64,000 nt of DNA. Source: Candidatus Marinacidobacterales bacterium. Its GTDB lineage: Bacteria; Acidobacteriota; Vicinamibacteria; Marinacidobacterales; SMYC01. A program made the position numbers and the translations under genes. The notes under the pieces were generated by a model, which saw only the letters and a list, made by a program, of their open reading frames with translations, had not been told where the DNA came from and did no database searches. Below, piece after piece: positions 19,345 through 29,162 of the stretch. The first letter of the stretch is position 1, and every line of letters starts with the position of its first letter. Location: positions 6,656,001 through 6,720,000 of the forward strand of contig OZ250169.1 of the NCBI GenBank assembly GCA_965237955.1. The letters run 5' to 3'.

Positions 19345-21434
19345 CAAGCCGACGGTCGAAGAGTGTCTGGAGCAGGCGCGTGAGGCGGTAGAGACTCTCA
19401 ACGCCCAGACGGAGGAGGAATCGAGCCGGCAGATGCAGGCAGCGCAGCAACGCGCCAGGCGAGAGAGACAGGATCGTCTAGAATCAGCGTTGAAGGAGTA
19501 TGACAAGCTGAAAGCCGCGAAAAGCCGCATAGACCGCGTGAGCACGACCGATCCCGACGCGCGGGTGATGAAGCAAGCCGAGGGCGGCTCCGCACCTAAC
19601 TACAACGTCCAAGTCTCAACGGATGCCGCACACGGCCTGATTGTCGACATCGATGCCACGCAGGCCGGTAGCGATTATCAGCAGCTGACGCCGGCCATAG
19701 AACGGATTGAGCAGAGCATGCAGCGTGCGCCCGAGCAGATGGTCGTAGATGGAGGCTACATTAGTAGCAACAACATCGCGGAGATGGCGAAGCGCGGCAT
19801 CGATCTCGTCGGCCCCGACCACGAGAACAAGGCAGCAGAGGCCAATCGGCGCAAGTCGTATAAGCACCACGGCGTGAAAGCGGAATACGAGGCGTCGAAG
19901 TTTGTCTTCGATACGCAGACCAACATGTATGTGTGCCCGCAGGGCAAGCACTTACGCTACGACGCCAAGCAGGAAAGCCATGGCACGATGCGCTATCGAT
20001 ATAAGGCGTCTAAGCAAGACTGCCAGACGTGTCCGGCCAAAGAGCAGTGTTGTCCTCGTACGCAGCACGGCCGCTCGATCGAGCGGCGCGAACTCTTGCC
20101 CGACATAGCCGCGTTCCGGAAGAAGATGCAGACCGACGAAGCCAAGGCCATCTATAAGACACGCTCGCAGGTGGCCGAGTTTCCGAATCTCTGGATCAAA
20201 ACCAAGTTCGGCCTGCGGCAGTTTAGCGTGCGCGGAGTCGCCAAAGTGCGCATTGAATCTCTGTGGGTCGCCCTCACCTACGATATCTTGCAGTGGATTC
20301 GCCTCCGCTGGAGGCCGAAGATGGTATCGACACTCGTGCCGACGTGAGCGCGTTGAGCACACGCAGCCCGACTTGTTAAAGCGCTAGCAATACGCACCAA
20401 CGAAACGCCGATACGATATCGGGTGAATCCGTACCGCGCGGACCCGACCCCCTAGTTGACAGAAGTGTGGACCAACCATCCCCATCTCCCTTGGGAAACG
20501 CGATTTTTTCTCACGTCCGGAGTCACCCTCGGCGAGGAAGCGCTTCACGTCATCGAGCTCCGGTGCCTCGCCACTCGGAGACTCTCCAGCCAGAATCGAC
20601 TCTTGCGCGTACGAGTCCAATACCTTGCGGACCAGTTTTTGGAACAGCTCGTGCGATCCGTAGACGTCCGCGCCGACGAGCTCACCGTCGATGGCAACCA
20701 CGACACCGATGGCGTCGTCGTGTGCAACCACTTGCGGCAAGAGAATCTCGACGTAGTCCGCACGCTTGGCCTTGAGCGTCTCGTTGTCGACGATCGCGCT
20801 ATAAGTGCCGGAGGCGGACAAGCTCGGAGACGGCGCCGCCACGTAGGTCGCAACTTGCGCCTCGGTCTCGGCAACCGCGTTCCAGACGCCCCGCTGGCTT
20901 TGCTCGGCCTGGATGGTTCTTTTGAGCGCCGCGCCGCTCACCATGGCGTCGCTCAGTGAGAACGCCATGCCACTGGCGCCGTCCGCCGCCCACCGGCCGT
21001 GCTCGACACAAAACGCGTCGATGGTGACCGGCGTCGACCGCGGCGGAAGAACGACATCGGTGGCGATGGTGCGGTCCTGCTTACCGCCGCGGATGACGTC
21101 GCCAACGTGAAGGAACAGAAACTCGTCGGAGCCGTTCTCGACCTCGAGCGTGTTGACCTCGCCGCTCCCGCGCTCGCGGACTTTGACGGCCCCGCTCTTC
21201 AAACCTTCGTCGAGAGTGATGTAGGACCGCGTGTCAGCCTGCGGACCGTGCACCACGTAGACCGCGAGCTTCCCGTGAGTGTAGGGTCCTTCGACTTTCG
21301 GGGGCGCCATGATCAGAAACGCCGCTAGGACAGAAATAGAGTGCATGATTTCCTCCCGGGCGGCGGCGCTCTCTGGAGTATAGACACACGCCCCGCCTCA
21401 AAGGTCCTACTTCGGGAGGAGGGAGATTATTCCC

Positions 21435-22621
21435 TAGTCCCCTGGAACAGAAAAAGCTAGACAACACCGGCCCTTCTGTGATCTGCTAAATGCATGAAAC
21501 ACAAGGGCCGGCGAAAAGCCGAATTGAAGCTGTCGTCTCAAGAAAGCGAAGCGCTGACGCGACTGGCGCGACGCAGCCGTAGTTCGCCGCACCAAGCCTT
21601 CCGAGCGAAGATCGTGCTGGATTGCGCGGCGGGTCTGACGAATATGGAAGTTGCTAGGAAGATGCACACCATGAGGAGCACGGTGGGCAAGTGGCGAAGA
21701 CGCTTTGTAGAACAACGAATGGAAGGGTTGTACGACGAACCTCGGCCGGGAGCGGCTCGCAAAATCGGCGATGACCAGATCGAGGAAGTCGTGACCAAGA
21801 CGCTGGAGACGACTCCAAAGGGGAGAACCCATTGGAGTACGCGCTCGATGGCCAAGCATCTTGGGCTGAGTCATTCGACGATTGGACGTATTTGGCGAAC
21901 GTTCGGGCTTCAACCGCACCGCTCGGAATCGTTTCGTCTCTCGCAAGACCCACAACTGGTCGAAAAAGTACGCGACGTTGTTGGCCTGTATATGAACCCA
22001 CCGGATAACGCGGTCGTCCTGTGCGTCGACGAGAAATCGCAGATTCAAGCGCTCGAGCGTGCTCAACCTGTCCTGCCCATGAGCTTGGGCCAGCCCGAGC
22101 GACAAACCCACGACTACATTCGGCATGGAACGACTGACCTGTTTGCCGCACTCGACGCCGCAACAGGTGAAGTCTTCGGAAAGTGCTACGCGCGACATCG
22201 AGCGCTAGAGTTCAAGAAGTTCCTCGCTGAGATCGAAGCAGCCGTTCCCAGCGAGTTGGACATCCACGTCGTGCTCGACAATCTCGCCACGCACAAGACA
22301 CCGGCGATCAAACGCTGGCTTTCCAAGCGACCTCGGTTCCACTTTCACTTCACACCGACACACGCCTCTTGGCTCAACTTCGCTGAGCGCTTCTTTGGCT
22401 TGCTCACCGAACACGCCTTGCGACGAGGCTCGCACACGAGCGTGCCTCAGCTCCGCGTTGCGATACAAGACTATCTCGATGCTCACAACGAGAACCCAAA
22501 GCCGTTCAAGTGGACGAAATCCGCCGACCAAATCCTCGAAACCATCGCTCGGTTCGCCCAGCGAACGCTCGATACACATGGCAAATCGAATTTGGACAGT
22601 AATTAAAGATCCGGGGGACTA
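21435..22621 (+). mobile_element. IS630-family insertion sequence
   Basis: Ends CTAGTCCCCTGGA... / ...TCCGGGGGACTAG with duplicated TA. Confidence 0.9.
21494..22606 (+). CDS. IS630-family transposase
   Basis: HTH region, [44 protein letters not shown]. Confidence 0.95.
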   Translation: MKHKGRRKAELKLSSQESEALTRLARRSRSSPHQAFRAKIVLDCAAGLTNMEVARKMHTMRSTVGKWRRRFVEQRMEGLYDEPRPGAARKIGDDQIEEVVTKTLETTPKGRTHWSTRSMAKHLGLSHSTIGRIWRTFGLQPHRSESFRLSQDPQLVEKVRDVVGLYMNPPDNAVVLCVDEKSQIQALERAQPVLPMSLGQPERQTHDYIRHGTTDLFAALDAATGEVFGKCYARHRALEFKKFLAEIEAAVPSELDIHVVLDNLATHKTPAIKRWLSKRPRFHFHFTPTHASWLNFAERFFGLLTEHALRRGSHTSVPQLRVAIQDYLDAHNENPKPFKWTKSADQILETIARFAQRTLDTHGKSNLDSN

Positions 22622-22677
22622 GGGAATGGGAACCAGCCGCTCGAGCTCGTCGAACCAGGATCGAAAAACATCTATCG

Positions 22678-23955
22678 TCATGCTGGATCTCCCCGTAGAG
22701 AAGGCTCGATGTGATATCCGAGTTTGCGCAGGTCGCGGATCATATTGGCAATGCGTCGTTTGGAGCGCGCGCGGCTAACGTCGGGGCCACGTTCCTCATA
22801 GTCAACGCCCTGGTGGAGAATCTTCCAGATTAAACGACACAACCGATGGGCAACGGCCCAGATGGCTTGCGCGTGCCCCAGGCGTGGAACCAACCGCCGG
22901 TACACGAGCTGGAAGAAACTCCCTTTGGTCTTGACGGCCGCGTTGGCGGCTTGATTGAGGAGGCGGCGCATCGGCCGACTGCCTTTGGGCGAGCGATGGC
23001 TGTAGCTTTTGCCGGCGCTTTCGTGCTCTCCGGGGCACACGCCCACCCAGGACGCGAGGTGCTTGGCCGACGGAAACGTCTCGGCGCTCGCCCCGACTTC
23101 CGCGATGATCTGCTGCGCCGAATCCACGCCGAGCCCAGGCACTTCAGCGAGTCGTTGCACAGCTGCTTGATGCTCGCCGAGCAGATGCGCCATCTCTTCA
23201 TCGAGTTGCGCGCTCTGCTCTTCGAGCAATCGTAATTCCTCGAGCGTCATTTGCACGAGCTTCCGATAGACGGGGTTGAGATCGGCACACGCGCCGAGCG
23301 CATCGCACAACTGCTCGGGCGTGGCACGCAATCGACGGTCGGCCAACTCCGCCAAGCGGGCCGGCTCCGTTTCCCCGTCCGCCAAGGCTTGCAACATCCG
23401 CCGCGCACTCAGCCCCAGAAGATCCGACACCAGGCTCGACAACTTTAGATGCGCTTCCTCCAGCAACGACTCTAGGCGGTTTTGGAGCTGAACCCGGTTA
23501 CGCGTGAACTGGTACTTGCGGCGCATCACCGTTCGCCACAGGCGCTGCTCCGGCTCGGGAACGAAGCTTAGAGTCAGCTCCTGCGCCACCAAACGCTTCA
23601 CCAATCGTTCGGCATCCGGAAAATCCCGCTTCCGACCCCGCGCGCCGCGATTCGACTTTGCTTGCGCCAGATGCAAGTTGCCCGACTGCGCACCCGCGCC
23701 CGGCCGAGCTCGGCACTGCGGAGCCCAGGACCGCTCCAACGCCTCCCACACCGGGCGCCAATATTGCGCGGTCGATTCCATCACTACTTCATCGACCCCC
23801 TCGGCCACCAGCCACTCCGCCAGAGCCCGAAGCTCACTCGGTCTCGTGCCCACACGCCGGCGCGAAAACTTATACTCACCCTCTACTGCGATGTCGGCGA
23901 CCACCACCGCCAGCATCTTCTTGTGAACGTCTATCCCAGCAATCCGGTTTGGCAT
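22678..23955 (-). CDS. IS110-family DEDD recombinase/transposase
   Basis: AGIDVHK, VMESTAQYW, KRDFPDA, VPGLG, SWVGVCPGEHESAGK. Confidence 0.95.
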   Translation of the reverse strand: MPNRIAGIDVHKKMLAVVVADIAVEGEYKFSRRRVGTRPSELRALAEWLVAEGVDEVVMESTAQYWRPVWEALERSWAPQCRARPGAGAQSGNLHLAQAKSNRGARGRKRDFPDAERLVKRLVAQELTLSFVPEPEQRLWRTVMRRKYQFTRNRVQLQNRLESLLEEAHLKLSSLVSDLLGLSARRMLQALADGETEPARLAELADRRLRATPEQLCDALGACADLNPVYRKLVQMTLEELRLLEEQSAQLDEEMAHLLGEHQAAVQRLAEVPGLGVDSAQQIIAEVGASAETFPSAKHLASWVGVCPGEHESAGKSYSHRSPKGSRPMRRLLNQAANAAVKTKGSFFQLVYRRLVPRLGHAQAIWAVAHRLCRLIWKILHQGVDYEERGPDVSRARSKRRIANMIRDLRKLGYHIEPSLRGDPA

Positions 23956-23959
23956 CGCT

Positions 23960-24165
23960 CCTCCTCATCGCCGCAGCGGAGCGCGTGCTAATCAACTTCA
24001 TTAATCAGGATCTCAGGCTCGCACCGTGGACAAAGCGCTCACGGCGACGCCTACTTATTCGCTCTACCAACGCACACGCCGGATCAGCCAGTTGAACGGT
24101 CTCAACGGCCCCACTGGTTCGTCGATCTCACCGCTCCGGACCGCACCAGTCTGCCTTAACCGGAA
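23960..24165 (-). ncRNA. Candidate IS110 bridge RNA region
   Basis: Long non-coding left end upstream of the IS110 ORF with hairpin potential (CTGGT...ACCAG; CTGATTAA...TTGATTAG). Assignment rests on family knowledge; guide loops not mapped. Confidence 0.45.
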
Positions 24166-24210
24166 ATGTTTTTCATGTTCTTTCGCGAGCTGCGTCCATC
24201 ACATCCCCAC

Positions 24211-24345
24211 TCAATTCACCGGAACCAGCCTAAGCAGCTCTTCGTGCCAGTTGAGCACGACGTTTATCTGCTCGGTCGGTCGCTCGACGCGGAGCATGAG
24301 AAAGCGCTGACCGTCCGCGCTCACGTCGTAGTCCGGCGGATTGAC
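24211..24345 (-). pseudogene. C-terminal remnant of a TolB-like-domain Ser/Thr kinase
   Basis: PDYDVSADGQRFLMLRVERPTEQINVVLNWHEELLRLVPVN*. Confidence 0.65.
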
Positions 24346-24349
24346 AGTT

Positions 24350-24596
24350 GCTCGGGGCGATCGGTTGTCGCGGAAAGAACCTCGACAATTAGACAGGGGC
24401 GCTCCTTGAAGTAAGACTCCCGGTCATCGGAATCGCAAGTGACGAATACGTCCGGATAGTAGTAGACGTCGGCCGCTCGGACGCGGACCTTCATGTCCGC
24501 CATGAAAACACGACAAGGCCGACCGCGGAGGTGCTCGCGGAGTCCGGATGCGATGTTCAAAGAGATGATCTCCTGGACCAGGTGCTCGTCGCGCAC
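24350..24596 (-). pseudogene. Uma2-family endonuclease fragment
   Basis: CRVFMADMKVRV...YYYPDVFVTCD...PCLIVEVLS; both termini missing. Confidence 0.8.
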
Positions 24597-24648
24597 TCGC
24601 TCGAGAGATGGATCTCCCAGGCTGACTCCAGCTCGTATAGCTACGAGC

Positions 24649-25587
24649 TTAGGGCGCCGTTGCGGTTGCGCGCGGCCGGTTTCTCGGGTCGAACGAACGG
24701 TAGTACTCGAGGATGTAATCGAGCGGATGGGCCGTTCGAACGTCCACCCACACCTCGTAGTGGAGGTGCGGTGCCCGGCTGCGACCGGTACTGCCGACGT
24801 AGCCGATGACGTCGCCGCGCTTCACCCGCGTTCCTGCCTTGACAGCGAACTTCGAGAGGTGCGCGTAGCGGGTCATCATGTCGAACTTGTGGTCGATAAC
24901 GACGATGTTGCCGTAGGTGCCGCGACGTGCCGCGTAAAGTACGATGCCATCGGCGGTCGCCACGATCGGACGACCCGCGGGCGTAGAGATGTCGATGCCG
25001 AAGTGCATCGCTCGCACCCCGGTGAAGGGGTCCTTCCGATACCCGTAGGTCGAGGAAAAATACCCTCGTACCGGCCAGATGGACGGCGTCGACGCGAGCA
25101 TCACCGTGTTCTGAGCATAGAAGCGCTCGAGCACGCGGCTTTGCTCTTCCAAGTCGGTCAGCTCACCACGCATGCGTTCCAGCTCGTCTTTCACTTGACC
25201 GTATGCGCTCGTGGGCGGGTTGAACTCCAGGTCCGCCGGTCCGCCGACTCCCCCATCGGCTGACGCCGCTCCCTCGCCGAGCCCCGCCATGACCGACAGC
25301 TTCATGACGAAGTCTTCGAGAGACACGACCTGCTCGTTCAAATGCTCGACCGAAACCTCGTAGTCGAGGTTCTGCCGCTTTAATTCCGCGTTGCCGAGCC
25401 GAAGCTCCCGGAGCTCTGTAAGTTCCTGATAAAAAATAAAATAGTGCGCAGTTAGTGCTCCGGCTACGATCACCGCCGCCCCGGCGAGAACGGCTAGCGT
25501 CTTGAGGGCCCCCGCAGTCAGACGCCATTTCTTGTGCCGCTCCCCAGTGTGAGGAACGAAAATTAACGTATACGAACGTTTCATCAT
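24649..25587 (-). CDS. M23 family metallopeptidase with coiled coil
   Basis: N-terminal TM and coiled coil; PSIWPVRG, HFGID, YAHLS, TGRSRAPHLHYEV. Confidence 0.95.
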   Translation of the reverse strand: MMKRSYTLIFVPHTGERHKKWRLTAGALKTLAVLAGAAVIVAGALTAHYFIFYQELTELRELRLGNAELKRQNLDYEVSVEHLNEQVVSLEDFVMKLSVMAGLGEGAASADGGVGGPADLEFNPPTSAYGQVKDELERMRGELTDLEEQSRVLERFYAQNTVMLASTPSIWPVRGYFSSTYGYRKDPFTGVRAMHFGIDISTPAGRPIVATADGIVLYAARRGTYGNIVVIDHKFDMMTRYAHLSKFAVKAGTRVKRGDVIGYVGSTGRSRAPHLHYEVWVDVRTAHPLDYILEYYRSFDPRNRPRATATAP

Positions 25588-25686
25588 TTCGGACCCATAG
25601 ATAATTTCGTGTTAAGTACTGCCGGAATTTAGATTTACGGAAGAGATGACTGAAGACGAGTCACCCGGCCTACAAAAAGTGCACGA

Positions 25687-25715
25687 GTTCTACTACGGCC
25701 GAACGATTGTGTCAA
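25687..25715 (-). promoter_or_regulatory. Putative sigma70 promoter for the M23 gene
   Basis: TTGACA-N17-TAGAAC in an AT-rich intergenic stretch. Confidence 0.45.
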
Positions 25716-25771
25716 GGATAACATATGCAGGAGGGAAGGTAAACCCTTATGGGAAAGGCATTTGCCTCAGA

Positions 25772-27136
25772 TCAGCGAATATAGCCGAGGCCCCGAAGCT
25801 CGCGTAAAACTTCTTCATCGAGAGGACTTTCGGCTGTACCGCCCGAGCGGCTCCCGTCGTCGTGCGACGCCACCCAGGTCGGTGGACGGGCCGCCATCAG
25901 CGACGGCTCGAGTGCTTCCGTGAGAACGCGTCCGTCCATATCGCGCCCCGCTGGGAGTCCCATCAGGTAGAGCGCGGTGGGTGCCACGTCGAAAAGCGTT
26001 GGGTCGTCGAGACGGACGCCCGCTCGCACCGGCGGACCCCACAAAAACATGACCCCAGACGGCGCTCGCACGCCGCCGCGGCCATCGTCGTAGTGGTTGA
26101 AGCCGTAGTTTCGGAACTGGAAGCCGTGATCCGACAGCACGAGAAGGACGGTGTCCGGCCCAGCTCGCTCCATGATTCGGCCGAGCCGGCGGTCTTCGTG
26201 CACGTAGACGGGTTCGAGCACCCGCGCGTAGGCCTCGTCCATCGTGCGCGACATCTCTTCGGTCACGGGACGCCCCTCGCCGCGAAGCTCGTCATAGACG
26301 CGCTGCGCTACCCGCCGCTCGATGAAGCGCCACATGAAGTGAGTGTAGACATCGGCGGTACGGAAGAGAGCTTGCACCAGATCGGCCTGTCCCCGGCTGT
26401 CGATGAGATGCTCGAGGCTGCGCTCGGTGATCATGTCGTTGTTGAAAATACCGGCGGAAGTCTGAAACCGAGCCCGGAAATTCGTCGACGGCAAGAAGGC
26501 ACTGTCCGCGCGCTCGCGTGAGAACACCGGCATGCCGGCGGCGGCGAGCGCTCGGTTCGCGTCCTCACGGCCCGGCAATGCGAGCTCGTCGAGCTCGCGC
26601 GCTAGCTCGGGCGGAAACGTCACGTCAGCGACCTCTTCTCTGAGCGCGCGCGGAAAGTGGTTCGAGACGATCTCGCCGGCGACCTCCTCCGCGGGCCACG
26701 TCGCCCACCAGTTGAGAATTTGTACGCTCTTGCCACCGTTCGTCGCGATGTTCCAAAGCGCCTCGGTGCGCCTAGAGTGGCCGGACGCCAGCACTTTGCG
26801 CTGCCCGTCCTCGGACAAGAGCTGCCAGTCGACGATGCCGTGCTTCTCCATACGCTTTCCCGTCGTGACTGACGTCCACAGCACGACGGATTTCGTCGGC
26901 TTGAACGTCTGGCACGGCGCGTACGCGCCCTCATCCATGAGCCTCTGGAAATTGGGGAGCTTGCCTTGCGACAGAAAGTAATCCAAAAACTCCGGATCCA
27001 TGCCGTCGAAGCCGAGGATCATCACCGGGTAGGAGGACCCCTCGGTGCTCGGGCGCTCAGCGGACGCGTCGAGATAAACCATCAGGCCGATGGTTCCGAC
27101 GACGACGGCGGAGACGCCAAGCCAGAGTTTCATCAT
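25772..27136 (-). CDS. Alkaline phosphatase / nucleotide pyrophosphatase-phosphodiesterase superfamily protein
   Basis: ILGFDGMD, WTSVTTG, VLSDHGF, DVAPTALYLMG, C-terminal LRGLGYI. Confidence 0.88.
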   Translation of the reverse strand: MMKLWLGVSAVVVGTIGLMVYLDASAERPSTEGSSYPVMILGFDGMDPEFLDYFLSQGKLPNFQRLMDEGAYAPCQTFKPTKSVVLWTSVTTGKRMEKHGIVDWQLLSEDGQRKVLASGHSRRTEALWNIATNGGKSVQILNWWATWPAEEVAGEIVSNHFPRALREEVADVTFPPELARELDELALPGREDANRALAAAGMPVFSRERADSAFLPSTNFRARFQTSAGIFNNDMITERSLEHLIDSRGQADLVQALFRTADVYTHFMWRFIERRVAQRVYDELRGEGRPVTEEMSRTMDEAYARVLEPVYVHEDRRLGRIMERAGPDTVLLVLSDHGFQFRNYGFNHYDDGRGGVRAPSGVMFLWGPPVRAGVRLDDPTLFDVAPTALYLMGLPAGRDMDGRVLTEALEPSLMAARPPTWVASHDDGSRSGGTAESPLDEEVLRELRGLGYIR

Positions 27137-27150
27137 TAATGACGTCTACT

Positions 27151-27525
27151 TTACTCCGTCGGCACGAACTCCATACGGGGAACATCTTCGGATGCCCATT
27201 CGACGGATTCGCCGGCGAGAAGCCGGTTCGATTTTTCGAGACAAATCGACGCCTTGTCGGCGAGCGCCGCCACGTCGAGCCCGTCCGTCGACGGAGCGAA
27301 TCGCGCGAGCACTTGGAGCGCACGCGACAGAAGATTGACGGCGCCCTGATGGTTCGCGGCGGCGACGTGGTACATGCCCACCGACACGTGGATCAGCGCT
27401 TGAAGGAAGGCACGCTCGTCACCGCGGGCATCTTGCCAAGCGTCTTCGAGATAGTCGTGGGCTTCGAAATAGAGCTTGTCGTTGAAGAGGCGCGCGGCTT
27501 CGGCGAGGAGCTCCCGCTCGCTCAC
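27151..27525 (-). CDS. DUF309 domain protein
   Basis: LFNDKLYFEAHDYLEDAW...FLQALIH. Confidence 0.85.
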   Translation of the reverse strand: MSERELLAEAARLFNDKLYFEAHDYLEDAWQDARGDERAFLQALIHVSVGMYHVAAANHQGAVNLLSRALQVLARFAPSTDGLDVAALADKASICLEKSNRLLAGESVEWASEDVPRMEFVPTE

Positions 27526-29050
27526 CGGTCGAGCTCGTCACGATCACTGCTCGCTCGGTAGACGATGGCCTCTTGCAGGTGAATCGCTTCGATTTCGCCT
27601 GCGCCGGCGAGGTCGGCGATGGTCCGCGCTACCTTGAGCACGCGATGGAATGCGCGCGCGGAAAGGTGGAGTCGTTCCGTCGCTCGCTTCAACATCACCT
27701 CGGTTTTGTCATCGAGACCACAGCATCGCGCGATTTGCTTCGGCGTCATGAACGCGTTGAGCTTCGTCGCACCGCGGCGGAACCGCGCTCCTTGGACGCG
27801 CCGCGCCCGCTCCACCCGGCCTCTGACCTCGGCCGAGCTTTCGCCCGGTTTCTTGTCGAGCATCTCATGGGACGCAAGCGCGCGGACCTCGACACGCAAG
27901 TCGATCCGATCGAGCAGTGGTCCCGAGATCTTCGATTGATAGCGATGGATCATCCCGGGCGTGCAATCGCACGGCCGTGTTTCCGCGCCACGATAGCCAC
28001 ACGGACAAGGGTTCATCGCCGCAACGAGAGTGAACCGCGCCGGCAACGTCGCCATGCGATCGACCCAACGGATGCGCACCTTGCCTTCCTCCAGGGGTTG
28101 GCGGAGCGATTCGAGGGACGGGCGAATGAACTCGGCGAGCTCGTCGAGAAACAGCACGCCCCGGTGTGCGAGGCTCACCTCACCGGGCCGGGGCCCAACG
28201 CCCCCACCGACCATCGCTTGTGTCGAGACCGTATGGTGCGGCGCCCGAAACGGTGGGTTCGACACCAGAGCACCATCGTCCAAGAGCCCCGCAACCGAGT
28301 AAATCTTCGTGACCTCGAGCGCGTGCTCGAAACAAAGCGGGGGCAGAAGCGAAGGCAGGCGCATGGCGAGAAGACTCTTCCCCGCGCCGGGTGGCCCCGA
28401 CATGAGAAGGTTGTGCCCGCCCCCGCCGCGGCGACCTCGAGCGCCCGTTTGGCAGAACGCTGCCCTTTGACGTCGGACAGGTCGGCCCCATCCGCGGTGC
28501 GGGTACCGTTTGGACGCGTGATCGGCTCAGGCGCGACCCAATCCGATGAGACCAGATCGACCGCCTCGCGAAGCGAGTCCACGGTGTACACCGACACGTC
28601 TTTGACGAGCGCCGCCTCGGCACCGTTGGCTTTCGGCACGACGACGCGGCGGATCCCACTCTTCGCGGCCTGCAACACCGCCGGCAGCACGCCCCGCACC
28701 GGGCGCAGGTTGCCATCGAGCGCAAGCTCCCCGAGAAAGAGCGTGTTCTCGAGCGGCTCGACGGGCGCCTGCTGCTTGGCGGCAACGAGCCCTAGCGCTA
28801 CCGCGAGATCGAAGGCGGAGCCTTGCTTCTTGACGTCGGCAGGAGCGAGGTTGACTGTCACCTCCCCCTCGAGCTTGCCGAACCCACTGTTGATGAGAGC
28901 GGATCGAACCCGCACCTGAGCCTCGCGCACCGCGGCATCCGGAAGCCCAACCATGCGGACCTTGGTGATCCCGCCCGCCATGTCCACCTCGACGTGGATC
29001 ACGAGCCCCTCGACACCGTGAATCGTGCCTGTGTTCGTCTTTACCAGCAT
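27522..29050 (-). CDS. comM: YifB/ComM Mg-chelatase-like AAA+ ATPase, frameshifted at ~28422
   Basis: VGLPDAAVREA, VNLAPADVKKQGSAFDL, GPPGAGKS, FRAPHHT, AMNPCPCG, SGPLLDRID. Frameshift in a G-run within AAAGGHNLL. Confidence 0.9.
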
Positions 29051-29096
29051 TAATGGGTATAGACGAGTTCGGGAGGCAAAAGCCTCCCTCACGGTG

Positions 29097-29122
29097 TCCA
29101 GCATTCAGCATTCAGCATCCAG
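29097..29122. repeat. Heptamer tandem repeat (CAGCATT/C)
   Basis: TCCAGCATTCAGCATTCAGCATCCAG; same unit as the 52634-52781 element. Confidence 0.65.
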
Positions 29123-29162
29123 GATCTCGGACGGAAACAACGCGCCTCACCGGCGGCGGGAA

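Larger units (their letters stand above)
17329..20347 (+). pseudogene. IS1182-family transposase split by IS256
   Basis: LIPEDHPAR, GRPAFDP, LDGTKVRANAS | STTDPDARVMK, NYNVQ, VDGGY, YVCPQGK, CQTCPAKEQC, QVAEFP. Rejoins in frame as GFRRKP|TVEECL. Confidence 0.92.
17075..20518 (+). mobile_element. IS1182-family element with AbrB-like ORF, itself interrupted by IS256
   Basis: 15-bp perfect IRs GGACGTGAGAAAAAA (17075) / TTTTTTCTCACGTCC (20518). Flanking duplication CGGAG at 17071-17075 and 20518-20522, or GGA if the IRs are taken one base longer. Confidence 0.9.
16943..21346 (-). pseudogene. DUF6569/ARPP-1-like secreted protein interrupted by IS1182
   Basis: N-part 21346-20518 (YITLDEGL, GDVIRGGKQDR, DAFCVEHGRW). 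Removing the IS restores the frame: ...AEGDS|VRTESISKTMERRSSENVDAAIFEYRVRGDNRPLHSSYVKKK* with stop at 16943-16945. Confidence 0.8.
22660..24177 (-). mobile_element. IS110-family element (ends inferred)
   Basis: Transposase flanked by 9-bp inverted repeat GAAAAACAT (22663-22671) / ATGTTTTTC (24166-24174); ~210-bp non-coding region upstream of the ORF. Confidence 0.7.

Noticed and set aside
22629-24230. 10-bp direct repeat GGAACCAGCC as an IS110 target duplication
   Set aside because: IS110 elements do not normally make long duplications; both copies encode the RLVP of similar kinase tails.
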